From Nonlabens ponticola (GTDB lineage: Bacteria; Bacteroidota; Bacteroidia; Flavobacteriales; Flavobacteriaceae): a stretch of DNA of 32,000 bases. Of this stretch, positions 16,886 to 25,774 are shown in pieces (the stretch's first letter is position 1; every line of letters starts with the position of its first letter). The notes below the pieces were generated by a model. The model was not told where the DNA came from and did no database searches. It was given only the letters and a program-made list of their open reading frames with translations. The position numbers were made by a program, and so were the translations under genes. The stretch spans positions 900,001 to 932,000 of the forward strand of contig NZ_CP034549.1 of NCBI RefSeq assembly GCF_003966335.1, given 5' to 3'.

Positions 16886-17420
16886 AGCAAAACGTGCTGC
16901 CTTAACTCTAGATGAAGTTCAGGAAAAAAGTATCGCAATTGCTAATCAATTACTGCGATTAGATATCTGGAATCACGCCAATTACCATCTTTTCCTACCT
17001 ATTGAAAAAAGTAATGAAGTAGATACTGCTCATATTTTAAATATTCTACAGGGTAGAGATAAGAATGTAATCCTATCGCGATCTAATTTTAATGATGGCA
17101 CGATGCAACATTATTTATTAACGGATAGTACCAAGCTAGTCGTCAATAAATATGGCATTCCAGAACCAGATGAAAATGCCATTGAATTTCCTGTAGATAA
17201 AATCAATGTCGTTTTTATACCATTGTTAGTGGCTGATCTTAATGGTCATCGAGTAGGTTATGGTAAAGGTTTTTACGATCGTTTTTTAATCAATTGTCAA
17301 CCAAACACGCAATTCATCGGTTTGTCATTTTTTGAACCAATAGAATCGATCGAGGATATCTATACTGGCGACGTGCCTGTCAACCAATTGATTACGCCGG
17401 CAAATACCTTTAATTTCTAG
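16851..17420 (+). CDS. 5-formyltetrahydrofolate cyclo-ligase
   Basis: The N-terminus (K..LR..YR.KR) and the motif PLLVADLNGHRVGYGKGFYDRFL are typical of MTHFS. It overlaps the upstream gene by 35 nt. Confidence 0.85.
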   Translation: MKTKSRLRQVYRAKRAALTLDEVQEKSIAIANQLLRLDIWNHANYHLFLPIEKSNEVDTAHILNILQGRDKNVILSRSNFNDGTMQHYLLTDSTKLVVNKYGIPEPDENAIEFPVDKINVVFIPLLVADLNGHRVGYGKGFYDRFLINCQPNTQFIGLSFFEPIESIEDIYTGDVPVNQLITPANTFNF

Positions 17421-17530
17421 ATTTCCTTAACAAAAATTATTATTTTTATTAACAGCTTTTAATCGATTGTATAGATTAAAGCCTATTTTTCGCATCCCAA
17501 AAAAGTTCAAACTCTTTTCCCCTACGAGAG

Positions 17531-18625
17531 ATGTTAGATAAAAATAAAAATGTTAAGCCAACCCTAGACGATCAGGCCTACTTCTTAAAAGAAGTGGCTC
17601 GCGCTACCAAAACGGGTGTTTACAGTGCCTCATTCACAGATAACACAGTCTATTTTGATAATATAGCGCGAGATATTCTAGAAATTCCAGAATCTGTAAA
17701 TTTTAAAGTAGAGGAATGTCTGTCGTTTTTTCAGAATCATGAAAAAGCTCTTAAGCTTTTCAAGAAATGCTTAAAAGGTAAAACCGTTGCCACAGACATC
17801 AAAGTAGTTACTTATACGGGCAAGGTAAAATGGATGCGCTTTACGGCAGATGCAAAGTTTGATCATCAAGACGATATAGTAGGAGCTCGTGGCGTTTTTA
17901 CAAGTATCGATAGATACGTGCGTCACAGCGAGCAACTAGAAAAACATTCACAAACAATAGAGGCTCAAAATGAACACCTAGTCCATTTCGCACACATTGT
18001 TTCGCACAATCTCAGATCTCATAGTAGTAATCTTGAATTGACGCTAGAATTGTTTAAGGAGAATGCACAAGAAGAACGCACCAATGTTTTTTATAGTTAC
18101 CTACAAGAAATATCAGATAGTTTGAGTGCTACTTTAAAGCATTTGAATCAAGTGGTTACCATCAATTCACAAGTGCGTAACATGGAAGTGGTAAGCGTCC
18201 AGCAAATCGCAAATAAAGCAATTAGAAAGTTTGCCCATCATTCCTTGAATAAGAATATCGCCATTTCGACAGATTTTCACCTCTTAGAGTTTGTGGAATA
18301 CGTGCCTGATTTCTTGGAAAGCATCATAACAACGCTAATTACAAATAGCATTGCCCACAGAAAAACCGGACAGCCCTTACTGATTAAAATTAAGACTAAG
18401 GTCAAGAAGTCAAAGCGTTTACTTATTGTAAAGGACAATAGTAGAGGACTTGATGACGACGATGCTGTGCGCGAGGTTTTCAATGTACATCATGATAAGG
18501 ACAAGCTAGACGATGAGAATAATCTAGGCTTATTTCTCATGAAAAATCAAGTAGAGGCGTTAGGTGGTGATATTGTAGTAAAGAGCGTTCCAGGAAATGG
18601 CACTACCTTTACTATCAAACTCTAG
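17531..18625 (+). CDS. PAS-domain sensor histidine kinase (cytoplasmic)
   Basis: There is no TM segment. The N-terminal domain is PAS-like. The H-box is FAHIVSHNLRSH, and the ATPase G-box context is LGLFLMKNQVEALGGDI...GNGTTFT. Confidence 0.85.
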   Translation: MLDKNKNVKPTLDDQAYFLKEVARATKTGVYSASFTDNTVYFDNIARDILEIPESVNFKVEECLSFFQNHEKALKLFKKCLKGKTVATDIKVVTYTGKVKWMRFTADAKFDHQDDIVGARGVFTSIDRYVRHSEQLEKHSQTIEAQNEHLVHFAHIVSHNLRSHSSNLELTLELFKENAQEERTNVFYSYLQEISDSLSATLKHLNQVVTINSQVRNMEVVSVQQIANKAIRKFAHHSLNKNIAISTDFHLLEFVEYVPDFLESIITTLITNSIAHRKTGQPLLIKIKTKVKKSKRLLIVKDNSRGLDDDDAVREVFNVHHDKDKLDDENNLGLFLMKNQVEALGGDIVVKSVPGNGTTFTIKL

Positions 18626-18634
18626 GACATCATA

Positions 18635-19045
18635 ATGGCAACACCGCTAGTTCCCAAAGTATGTATTATTGATGATGATCGATTATATGTAAGTCTTATC
18701 GGCATGCTTCTAGAGAAGCATCACATCGCTGACCAATTTACAGTTTTTGAAAATGGTGCAGTAGCAATTGATCATTTCAAGGAGATCTTTGAGTCAAACG
18801 ATACTCAAGAATTACCCGATGTAATCCTGCTTGACTTAAATATGCCCGTCATGAATGGATGGGAATTTCTAGACAATATAGAGCCATATGCGTCGCAATT
18901 ACTAGAGAGTGGCGTTCGCTTAAATGTCGTAAGTTCTACCATAAATCCTGAAGAAGTTAAGAGAGCGCAGGAACATTCCATCGTGCATCACTTCATCACA
19001 AAGCCCATTTCTAAAGAGGCTATCATGCGAGCCGTAAAGGATTAA
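18635..19045 (+). CDS. single-domain response regulator (receiver only)
   Basis: Receiver motifs are IIDDD, LLDLNMPVMNG and ITKP. There is no output domain. It starts 10 nt after the kinase stop. Confidence 0.88.
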   Translation: MATPLVPKVCIIDDDRLYVSLIGMLLEKHHIADQFTVFENGAVAIDHFKEIFESNDTQELPDVILLDLNMPVMNGWEFLDNIEPYASQLLESGVRLNVVSSTINPEEVKRAQEHSIVHHFITKPISKEAIMRAVKD

Positions 19046-19068
19046 TGGTTTCAATTTATGATTAATAG

Positions 19069-19090
19069 TTACGCTTTCGCGAAAGCGGAA
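19069..19090. repeat. P1 palindrome copy, TTACGCTTTCGCGAAAGCGGAA (intergenic, between convergent genes)
   Basis: The 14-bp core is perfect and there is one mismatch in the outer arm. Confidence 0.95.
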
Positions 19091-19113
19091 TCATATTCAT
19101 CATTTAACCTAGA

Positions 19114-19731
19114 TCAAGCACCTTTCTTTTCTGGAAAGGCCTTTTTGCTAAAAAGGATGAGAAGCACTACGCCTACAGATATGGCGCTATCTGCAACATT
19201 GAATACCGCGTTGAAGAATGAAAAACTTTGACCACCGACTATTGGAATCCAGCTAGGCCAAATACCGTCAAAAAGCGGAAAGTACAGCATGTCCACTACC
19301 TCACCGTAAAACCAGGAACTGTAGCCACCACCTTCAGGCATAAAGGTCGCCACACTGTGTGCGCTATCTGAAAATATGACGCCGTAGAAAACACTGTCTA
19401 TGATATTTCCCACAGCTCCAGCAAAAATTAACGAGATACACACGATAAGAATCTTGTGACTGTTGTCTCTTACACTCTTCCATAACCAGTAGGCAATACC
19501 AAAGCAGGCAAAAATTCTGAACACCGTAAGTATGATTTTACCATAATCACCAGGAATCTCAAAACCCCATGCAGCACCAGCATTTTCATAAAACAATAAT
19601 TGGAACTTATCCCAATCAACAATAGGATTGCGCGAGTCGCGCAGCATGTAATTAAGTTTGATATAAATCTTACTCGCTTGATCCACAAATAGGACAGCAA
19701 TAATGATAAGAATGGCTTTGTATAATTTCAT
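19114..19731 (-). CDS. lspA: lipoprotein signal peptidase (signal peptidase II)
   Basis: Motifs present are VDQASK, ENAGAAWGF, GAVGNIIDSVFYG, VVDMLYF and FNVADSAISVGV. Confidence 0.9.
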   Translation of the reverse strand: MKLYKAILIIIAVLFVDQASKIYIKLNYMLRDSRNPIVDWDKFQLLFYENAGAAWGFEIPGDYGKIILTVFRIFACFGIAYWLWKSVRDNSHKILIVCISLIFAGAVGNIIDSVFYGVIFSDSAHSVATFMPEGGGYSSWFYGEVVDMLYFPLFDGIWPSWIPIVGGQSFSFFNAVFNVADSAISVGVVLLILFSKKAFPEKKGA

Positions 19732-19767
19732 AAATGTCCCGCGTTAGCGCCGTGAGTCAAAAAAAGC

Positions 19768-20412
19768 TCAATTTACAATAATCTCACCTTGTTTGGTTGA
19801 TGCGACTAGTAGATAGTTGACCTGATCAACATCACGCACGATATTTGGTAGGTGCTTATGGCCAGTCAAACCATAATTATACTGCGGCATCTCTTTTATT
19901 TGAATATTTGCATTAACCGTTGTGATAGTAGCATTACCTTGTATCTCATCAATAATGGCGATACCATTTAGCAGGTCGATATCTATCACATCATAATTAC
20001 CGCTCAGTTTCACATTTGCTGAGGCTGCTTTAAAACTTAGTTTTTTATTTTCTGGCAAGTCAATCAATAACCTAGTGTCAGTAATTTTATGAGCACTTAA
20101 TTTATCTTGAGGTAGTGTGCCATGTGGCAATGCTACATCTGTAATATATAAGATGCCATCTTGAACGTTGTAGGTAACGGTATTCATATCGTGGTACTCG
20201 CCAGCCTGAATTTCATTAACCACCAATTTTCCCGCATCATTTGTACTGATTTCGATAGCAACGTGTTGATCAAAATTCATGATGACTTGATCATAATTTG
20301 ATGAGTCGATGGTGCTCATCGTTCGCGTTTGATCGGTTTGCGCTAAAACGGAAAAACTCATCAAGCAGGATAGATATAATAATCCTTGCTTGATGAGTTT
20401 AATGATGTGCAT
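19768..20412 (-). CDS. secreted hypothetical protein with beta-strand repeats (possibly DUF4097/GIN-like)
   Basis: I chose the start at 20412 (MHIIKLIKQG...VLAQ, a signal peptide), which avoids overlap with dksA. The C-terminal half has repetitive I/V-x-I/V strands (VKLSGNYDVIDIDLLNGIAIID..GNATITTVNANIQI). The family call is tentative. Confidence 0.55.
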   Translation of the reverse strand: MHIIKLIKQGLLYLSCLMSFSVLAQTDQTRTMSTIDSSNYDQVIMNFDQHVAIEISTNDAGKLVVNEIQAGEYHDMNTVTYNVQDGILYITDVALPHGTLPQDKLSAHKITDTRLLIDLPENKKLSFKAASANVKLSGNYDVIDIDLLNGIAIIDEIQGNATITTVNANIQIKEMPQYNYGLTGHKHLPNIVRDVDQVNYLLVASTKQGEIIVN

Positions 20413-20422
20413 AGCTCGGTTT

Positions 20423-20812
20423 CTAGCTCTGCATATTCTTTGCCTCAATGCTCAAAGTAGCGTGAGGTACAAGCTCTAGACGTGCTTTAGAAATAAGATT
20501 ACCTGTAACGCGACAAACGCCGTATGATTTATTCTCAATACGTATCAATGCATTCTTGAGATCACGAATGAATTTTTCTTGGCGTATGGCAAGCTGGGCG
20601 TTTGCCTCTTTGCTCATGACCGCACTACCTTCATCAAAGGCCTTGAATTGAGGTGCTGTGTCCTCGGTTCCGTTGTTTGAATCATTCATGTAGGCACTTT
20701 TAATAAGCTCGTATTGCTTAGTGGCTTCCTCAATCTTCTTTTCTACCAAAGCTTTGAAGTGGGCGAGATCTTTATCGCTGTATCTTATTTTTTCGTTTGC
20801 GTTTGTACTCAT
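20423..20812 (-). CDS. DksA/TraR-family regulator (single-Cys variant)
   Basis: The protein has a coiled-coil N-terminal part and the C-terminal motif YGVCRVTGNLISKARLELVPHATLSIEAK. Its position between ileS and lspA is conserved in Bacteroidota. Confidence 0.8.
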   Translation of the reverse strand: MSTNANEKIRYSDKDLAHFKALVEKKIEEATKQYELIKSAYMNDSNNGTEDTAPQFKAFDEGSAVMSKEANAQLAIRQEKFIRDLKNALIRIENKSYGVCRVTGNLISKARLELVPHATLSIEAKNMQS

Positions 20813-20814
20813 TA

Positions 20815-23800
20815 CTATTTCTTATTAATCGCAAGGATTGTTTCTATATCGTCAAACTCAATTTCTGTACCGTTTTCTATACTGTCAACGATATCAAGTG
20901 AATCTGCTAGAGTTTCATCCTTTATATATTGTTCATTTGTTTTAAGAGCGTTGTCCATCGCTGGATGCGACTGCACTGTAATATCTATACGATCGGTCAC
21001 TTCTAAACCTGTGTCCTTACGTAGGTTTTGTAATCGATTGACGAGTTCTCTAGCGATGCCTTCTTCCTTTAACGCTGGTGAGATTTGTATATCAAGCGCC
21101 ACCGTTGTTCCAGACTGGTTGGCAACAAGCCATCCTTCAATATCTGATGATGTAATCTCCACATCATCTAGCGTCAAAGAAATGTCATTTCCGTTCAGAT
21201 TAATGATTTTCTCGCCTGTTTTTTCTAACAATGCGATGTCCTCTTGTTGAAAACCTTTGATCAATCCAGCCACTTTGCCCATATCCTTGCCAAAACGTGG
21301 TCCCAAAGTCTTGAAATTAGGTTTGATTTCTTTGACTAGAATACCACTGGTATCATCGATTAACTCAATCTCCTTGACATTTACTTCACTTTTTACAAGA
21401 TCAGCAATCGCTTCGATTTGTTCTTTTTCCGTTTGATCCAATATTGGTATCATGATGCGCTGCAGTGGTTGGCGCACCTTGATGCTTTCTTTTTTACGCA
21501 ATGAAAGCGTCAAGCTAGAAATCACTTGAGCCTTATGCATTTTACTTTCCAGCTCTGTATTAATCAAGCTTTCATCAACTTTAGGAAACATAGATAAATG
21601 CACACTCTCGCTAGCATCGTTTTCGCAAACACTAGTCAAATCTTTATAAAGCTGATCCATAAAGAAAGGCGCGATAGGTGCTCCCAACTGTGCGACCGTC
21701 TTTAAACAAGTATAGAGCGTCTGGTAGGCTGCTATTTTATCTTGCTGATAATCACCTTTCCAGAAACGTCTCCTGCACAATCGCACGTACCAGTTACTCA
21801 AGTTTTCCGTCACAAACGTGGTAATAGCTCTGGCTGCTTTGGTAGGTTCATAATCTTCATAGAATTCCGTCGTTTCCTTTATCAGTGTGTTCAGCTCTGA
21901 TAGAATCCAGCGGTCTATTTCTGGTCGTTCGTCTGTTGGGATTACGCTTTCGCGAAAGCTGAACCCATCAACATTTGCATACAAAGCAAAAAAGCTATAG
22001 GTATTGTAAAGTGTTCCAAAAAACTTGCGCTGAACTTCGGTAATGCCATCCAGATCAAACTTGAGATTATCCCAAGGATTTGCATTGCTTACCATATACC
22101 ATCGTGTGGCATCGGCGCCAAATTTGCCCAACGTATCAAATGGATCAACGGCATTGCCTAATCGCTTGGACATTTTCTGGCCGTTCTTGTCCAACACCAG
22201 ACCGTTCGAAACCACATTTTTATAGGCCACATCATCACTTATCATGGTAGCAATAGCGTGCAGCGTGTAGAACCAGCCGCGTGTTTGATCAACACCTTCG
22301 GCAATGAAGTCTGCCTTGCGCAGTTCATTTTCTACCTTTTCCTTGTTCTCAAATGGGTAGTGCCATTGCGAGTAGGGCATGGAACCACTATCAAACCAGA
22401 CGTCAATAAGATCTGCCTCACGAGTCAGCTTCTCGCCATTTTGTCCTACTAGGTAGATATCATCCACAACATTTTTGTGCAGATCAACAAGGTCATAGTT
22501 TTCCTCGCTCATGTCGCCAGCCTTGAAGCCAGCAAAAGGATTTGATGTCATGAAACCAGCTGCGATGGATTTCTCAATTTCAGCAACCAATTCTTCAATA
22601 GAACCTATGATCAGTTCTTCAGTTCCAGTCTCGTTGCGCCAGATAGGTAGCGGAATACCCCAGAATCTAGATCTTGAAAGGTTCCAGTCGTTTGCATTGG
22701 CCAGCCAGTTCCCAAAGCGTCCTTCACCAGTAGATTTAGGCTTCCAATTGATTTGCTTGTTCAACTCGTGCATGCGGTCCTTAAACTCGGTCACTTTAAT
22801 GAACCAACTGTCTAGCGGATAGTACAGTACAGGCTTGTCAGTTCTCCAACAATGCGGGTAACTGTGTACATATTTCTCGACCTTAAAGGCGCGGTCATCT
22901 TCTTTCAATTTTATGGCGATGTCTACATCAACAGATCGCTCTGGTGCCTCGCCTGCATTGAAGTATTCGTTTTTCACGTATTTGCCACCTATTTCTGGTA
23001 ACTCCTCACGGAATTTCCCTTGAAGGTTCACCAGCGGCACTGGATTATTATTCTCATCCAGCACCAACATCGGCGGTATAGGCGGATTTGCCTGTTTAGA
23101 AACTAGCGCATCGTCTGCACCAAAAGTTGGCGCCGTATGCACGATTCCAGTTCCGTCTTCAGTCGTCACAAAATCACCAGAAATGACTCTAAACGCATCT
23201 TCTGCATTTTGGTAAGGCGTCGCATAGTCGAGTAACTGATCGTAGCGTGTGTTCACGAGATCACTTCCCTTGCAGCTGGCAAGTACGCGATATGGTATTT
23301 TCTTGTCAGAAAGTTGGTAGGCTTGTTTTGCTTTCGCGAAAGCGTCACTGTCAACAACATTCTCGTACTTTTTACTAAACTGGTAACTCACCAACTTTTC
23401 AGCAATGATCACCTGCATAGGCTGGCCAGTGTATTGATTGAAAGTCTCAACCAGCACGTAATCTATTTTGGGACCCACGGTCAGAGCTGTGTTGGACGGC
23501 AGCGTCCATGGTGTGGTCGTCCAGGCAAGGAAGAAGACCTCGCCAGAAGTCTCAAAAGGTAATTGTGATGTATCAGAAACTTTGAATTGTGCCGTCACTG
23601 TGGTATCGGTCACATCTTGATAGGTTCCTGGCTGGTTCAACTCATGCGAACTCAAACCAGTTCCTGCAGCAGGTGAGTACGGCTGGATGGTGTAACCTTT
23701 ATACAGCAAATCCTTAGAATAGATCTGCCTGAGCAACCACCAGACGCTCTCCATGTATTTAGGCTTGTAGGTAATGTATGGATCTTCCATATCTACCCAA

Positions 23801-24225
23801 TAGCCCATGTCGTCAGTGAGTTTGCTCCAGATGTCTGTGTATTTTAACACGGCATCTTTACAGGCCTGATTGTATTCTTCTACACTTATTTTGGTGCCAA
23901 TGTCTTCTTTGGTAATGCCCAGTGCTTTTTCAACGCCTAATTCTACAGGCAAGCCGTGCGTATCCCAACCAGCCTTGCGGTTTACCTGATAACCTTGCTG
24001 TGTTTTAAAACGGCAAAAAAGATCCTTGATCGTACGACCCATCACGTGGTGAATACCAGGCAATCCATTGGCAGACGGTGGTCCTTCAAAGAAAATAAAA
24101 GGCTCATTGCCCTCACGAGTCGTCATGGACTTGTTGAAGATGTCGTTCTCCTTCCAGAAAGTCTTGATGCGTTCATCAACTTCTGGTAGGTTTAACCCTT
24201 TGTATTCCTTGAATTTAGTACTCAT
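20815..24225 (-). CDS. ileS: isoleucine--tRNA ligase (type 2, long form)
   Basis: It carries the HIGH-type motif (PSANGLPGIHHV) and KMSKR. The length is about 1136 aa. I preferred the start at MSTKFKEYKG (24225) over the ATG three codons upstream (24234). Confidence 0.97.
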   Translation of the reverse strand: MSTKFKEYKGLNLPEVDERIKTFWKENDIFNKSMTTREGNEPFIFFEGPPSANGLPGIHHVMGRTIKDLFCRFKTQQGYQVNRKAGWDTHGLPVELGVEKALGITKEDIGTKISVEEYNQACKDAVLKYTDIWSKLTDDMGYWVDMEDPYITYKPKYMESVWWLLRQIYSKDLLYKGYTIQPYSPAAGTGLSSHELNQPGTYQDVTDTTVTAQFKVSDTSQLPFETSGEVFFLAWTTTPWTLPSNTALTVGPKIDYVLVETFNQYTGQPMQVIIAEKLVSYQFSKKYENVVDSDAFAKAKQAYQLSDKKIPYRVLASCKGSDLVNTRYDQLLDYATPYQNAEDAFRVISGDFVTTEDGTGIVHTAPTFGADDALVSKQANPPIPPMLVLDENNNPVPLVNLQGKFREELPEIGGKYVKNEYFNAGEAPERSVDVDIAIKLKEDDRAFKVEKYVHSYPHCWRTDKPVLYYPLDSWFIKVTEFKDRMHELNKQINWKPKSTGEGRFGNWLANANDWNLSRSRFWGIPLPIWRNETGTEELIIGSIEELVAEIEKSIAAGFMTSNPFAGFKAGDMSEENYDLVDLHKNVVDDIYLVGQNGEKLTREADLIDVWFDSGSMPYSQWHYPFENKEKVENELRKADFIAEGVDQTRGWFYTLHAIATMISDDVAYKNVVSNGLVLDKNGQKMSKRLGNAVDPFDTLGKFGADATRWYMVSNANPWDNLKFDLDGITEVQRKFFGTLYNTYSFFALYANVDGFSFRESVIPTDERPEIDRWILSELNTLIKETTEFYEDYEPTKAARAITTFVTENLSNWYVRLCRRRFWKGDYQQDKIAAYQTLYTCLKTVAQLGAPIAPFFMDQLYKDLTSVCENDASESVHLSMFPKVDESLINTELESKMHKAQVISSLTLSLRKKESIKVRQPLQRIMIPILDQTEKEQIEAIADLVKSEVNVKEIELIDDTSGILVKEIKPNFKTLGPRFGKDMGKVAGLIKGFQQEDIALLEKTGEKIINLNGNDISLTLDDVEITSSDIEGWLVANQSGTTVALDIQISPALKEEGIARELVNRLQNLRKDTGLEVTDRIDITVQSHPAMDNALKTNEQYIKDETLADSLDIVDSIENGTEIEFDDIETILAINKK
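21942..21959. repeat. P1 palindrome copy inside ileS (TTACGCTTTCGCGAAAGC)
   Basis: It is read on the minus strand as SFRESV, in the context VDGFSFRESVIPT. Confidence 0.95.
23330..23343. repeat. P1 palindrome core inside ileS (GCTTTCGCGAAAGC)
   Basis: It is read on the minus strand as AFAKA, in the context DSDAFAKAKQAY. Confidence 0.95.
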
Positions 24226-24248
24226 AACCACCATTATATTAAGGTGGG

Positions 24249-24256
24249 CAAAAATA
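24249..24256 (-). promoter_or_regulatory. candidate -7 box for ileS (TATTTTTG on the minus strand)
   Basis: It is an exact match to TAnnTTTG and lies 15-24 nt upstream of the two candidate ATGs. Confidence 0.35.
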
Positions 24257-24340
24257 GTAGATTTAAACGGGACGATAAAGTTTAATGCACTGTGAGAAAG
24301 CGCATTTTCTTGTGTCGCATTTAGGACTATGAATTAAGAT

Positions 24341-25522
24341 CTACACCTGCGTTTCCATTTCTCTAACCTGCGCCATTTTATTCTTGAAAATCACAGCAGC
24401 GCTGGTATAACCACCTTCAGTTCCATCTACAAAGTGGATATGATTATCCTTTCTGTCTTGCACATAACAACTCATCACGGATGCGTGCGTGCTATGGATG
24501 CCATAAACGATCTTTCCTTCACGTTCCAGCAGGTCTAGATAATTTGTCAACGCCTCGATTTGTCCAGCATCACCTTCCATAACTGTATTAAGGGAACCAT
24601 CAAACATGATGGTGTCAGACAATTGGCTCACTTTATTTAGGTATTCCTTGCCTTCCTTGAAATAGGTGAAATAGAACGTGCCAAAATAGGTGATCAACCA
24701 GTGTTTCAATAAATAGTCCAGCTTGCTCTTACCTATGCGCGCAATCATTTCTTTCTTGATTTTGGAAATGGTTGCTTTCAGTTTCAGACGGTTGGTATTG
24801 ATGGGCTGCCTGCGCTCTAGTGAACCAAATAGCAGGAATATAATATCCATGATATCGGCATAGATCTCGGCTTGTTTTGATTGATCCTCACAATTAACTA
24901 GCAGGCAAACCACCTTATGTTTCTGGTCACGTGGCGATATCTCATCCCAACGGCATTCCATACCAGTAAGGTCGATTGCAGGCGAATTATTTTCAAAAAT
25001 AGATTCCTGCTTAAATTCTGCCTTTATCAAACTCTCTGCATATTTCAAGCCGTTGCCCAAAACGATAGGTATGGTCAAATAACTGTTGATCTTTGCCTTG
25101 GCAATTCTCAATAAATGACGCTCATCGTACACCTTTTGCACCTTGATACTACCTATGCGCAAGTTTAGTTTGAGATTGTTCTTGACGTGAGACTTATAAT
25201 TGTATAAGGCAGACATGACGCGTGCATGCACATCTGCAGGAATCAAAAAGGTCACGCCATCACCGCCAAAAAAATACGGAATCTCATGATTGCGCAATTG
25301 ACTCTTGACCGTGTTGATCACCGTCACAACGCTACCGGTCGCTGCCAGATTGACCTCATTATGCATGCCTTTTTGAACCGCACGCGTGCTTTGCGCAACG
25401 TCTGCTACTACCACATGCCAGTCATGTGGTACCGCGGTAAAATTCTGCGGCTTACGTAAAATCTTACGTATAGGCGCATATTTTGTCTTCAAAGAAGAAT
25501 AAAAATAACGTGTGTCTTCCAT
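24341..25522 (-). CDS. DUF3095-like protein with a palm-type nucleotide-cyclase-like N-domain
   Basis: The 393-aa protein has an N-terminal HVVVADVAQST (D41) and YFFGGDGVTFLIP (G86-G89). These resemble the two metal-Asp strands of GGDEF or class III cyclase palm domains. The DUF3095 assignment is from memory. Confidence 0.6.
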   Translation of the reverse strand: MEDTRYFYSSLKTKYAPIRKILRKPQNFTAVPHDWHVVVADVAQSTRAVQKGMHNEVNLAATGSVVTVINTVKSQLRNHEIPYFFGGDGVTFLIPADVHARVMSALYNYKSHVKNNLKLNLRIGSIKVQKVYDERHLLRIAKAKINSYLTIPIVLGNGLKYAESLIKAEFKQESIFENNSPAIDLTGMECRWDEISPRDQKHKVVCLLVNCEDQSKQAEIYADIMDIIFLLFGSLERRQPINTNRLKLKATISKIKKEMIARIGKSKLDYLLKHWLITYFGTFYFTYFKEGKEYLNKVSQLSDTIMFDGSLNTVMEGDAGQIEALTNYLDLLEREGKIVYGIHSTHASVMSCYVQDRKDNHIHFVDGTEGGYTSAAVIFKNKMAQVREMETQV

Positions 25523-25669
25523 CGTACATTTAAGTACGTAAATGTATCAGCACAGATATTTTACAAAATCCTAATTAACTAATTATTAAATATCTAGAGT
25601 ATCGATGCACAGATCGTGGTTTTAAGGGCGTTTTTCCCAAAATTTTTGGGGATCGGGCTATACGCTACA

Positions 25670-25691
25670 ACCTGCCTGCTGGCAGGCAGGT
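25670..25691. repeat. P2 palindrome copy, ACCTGCCTGCTGGCAGGCAGGT
   Basis: It is near-perfect, with a 9-bp stem and a CTGG centre. It is preceded by CGCTACA. Confidence 0.9.
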
Positions 25692-25733
25692 CTTTTTTAG
25701 GTTTCATTAACCAAAAAAAGGATTTCCGCTACT

Positions 25734-25755
25734 ACCTGCCTGCCGGCAGGCAGGT
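25734..25755. repeat. P2 palindrome copy, ACCTGCCTGCCGGCAGGCAGGT (perfect, 22 bp)
   Basis: It is its own reverse complement. It is preceded by CGCTACT and lies 64 bp from the first copy. Confidence 0.95.
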
Positions 25756-25774
25756 CCCTAACGCAAGAAAAGTT

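Noticed and set aside
17531-19045. The PAS kinase plus receiver-only regulator as a novel system
   Set aside because: This is a common arrangement: a cytoplasmic PAS kinase with a stand-alone CheY-like receiver. Nothing in the sequence sets it apart, and the output cannot be inferred from this window.
20714-21250. A 178-aa plus-strand ORF antisense to dksA and ileS
   Set aside because: It is a shadow ORF inside two well-supported minus-strand genes. It is Ser/Cys/Phe-rich and shows no motifs. The same reasoning applies to other antisense ORFs in the track, for example 4102-4401, 6393-6734, 11114-11467, 22511-22822, 26680-27209 and 28176-28499.
25670-25755. A possible mini CRISPR array: two 22-bp repeats separated by about 42 nt
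   Set aside because: There are only two copies. The repeats are full palindromes with conserved flanks, which is typical of REP-like elements. There are no cas genes and no leader. A degenerate relative also occurs singly at 12420-12440.
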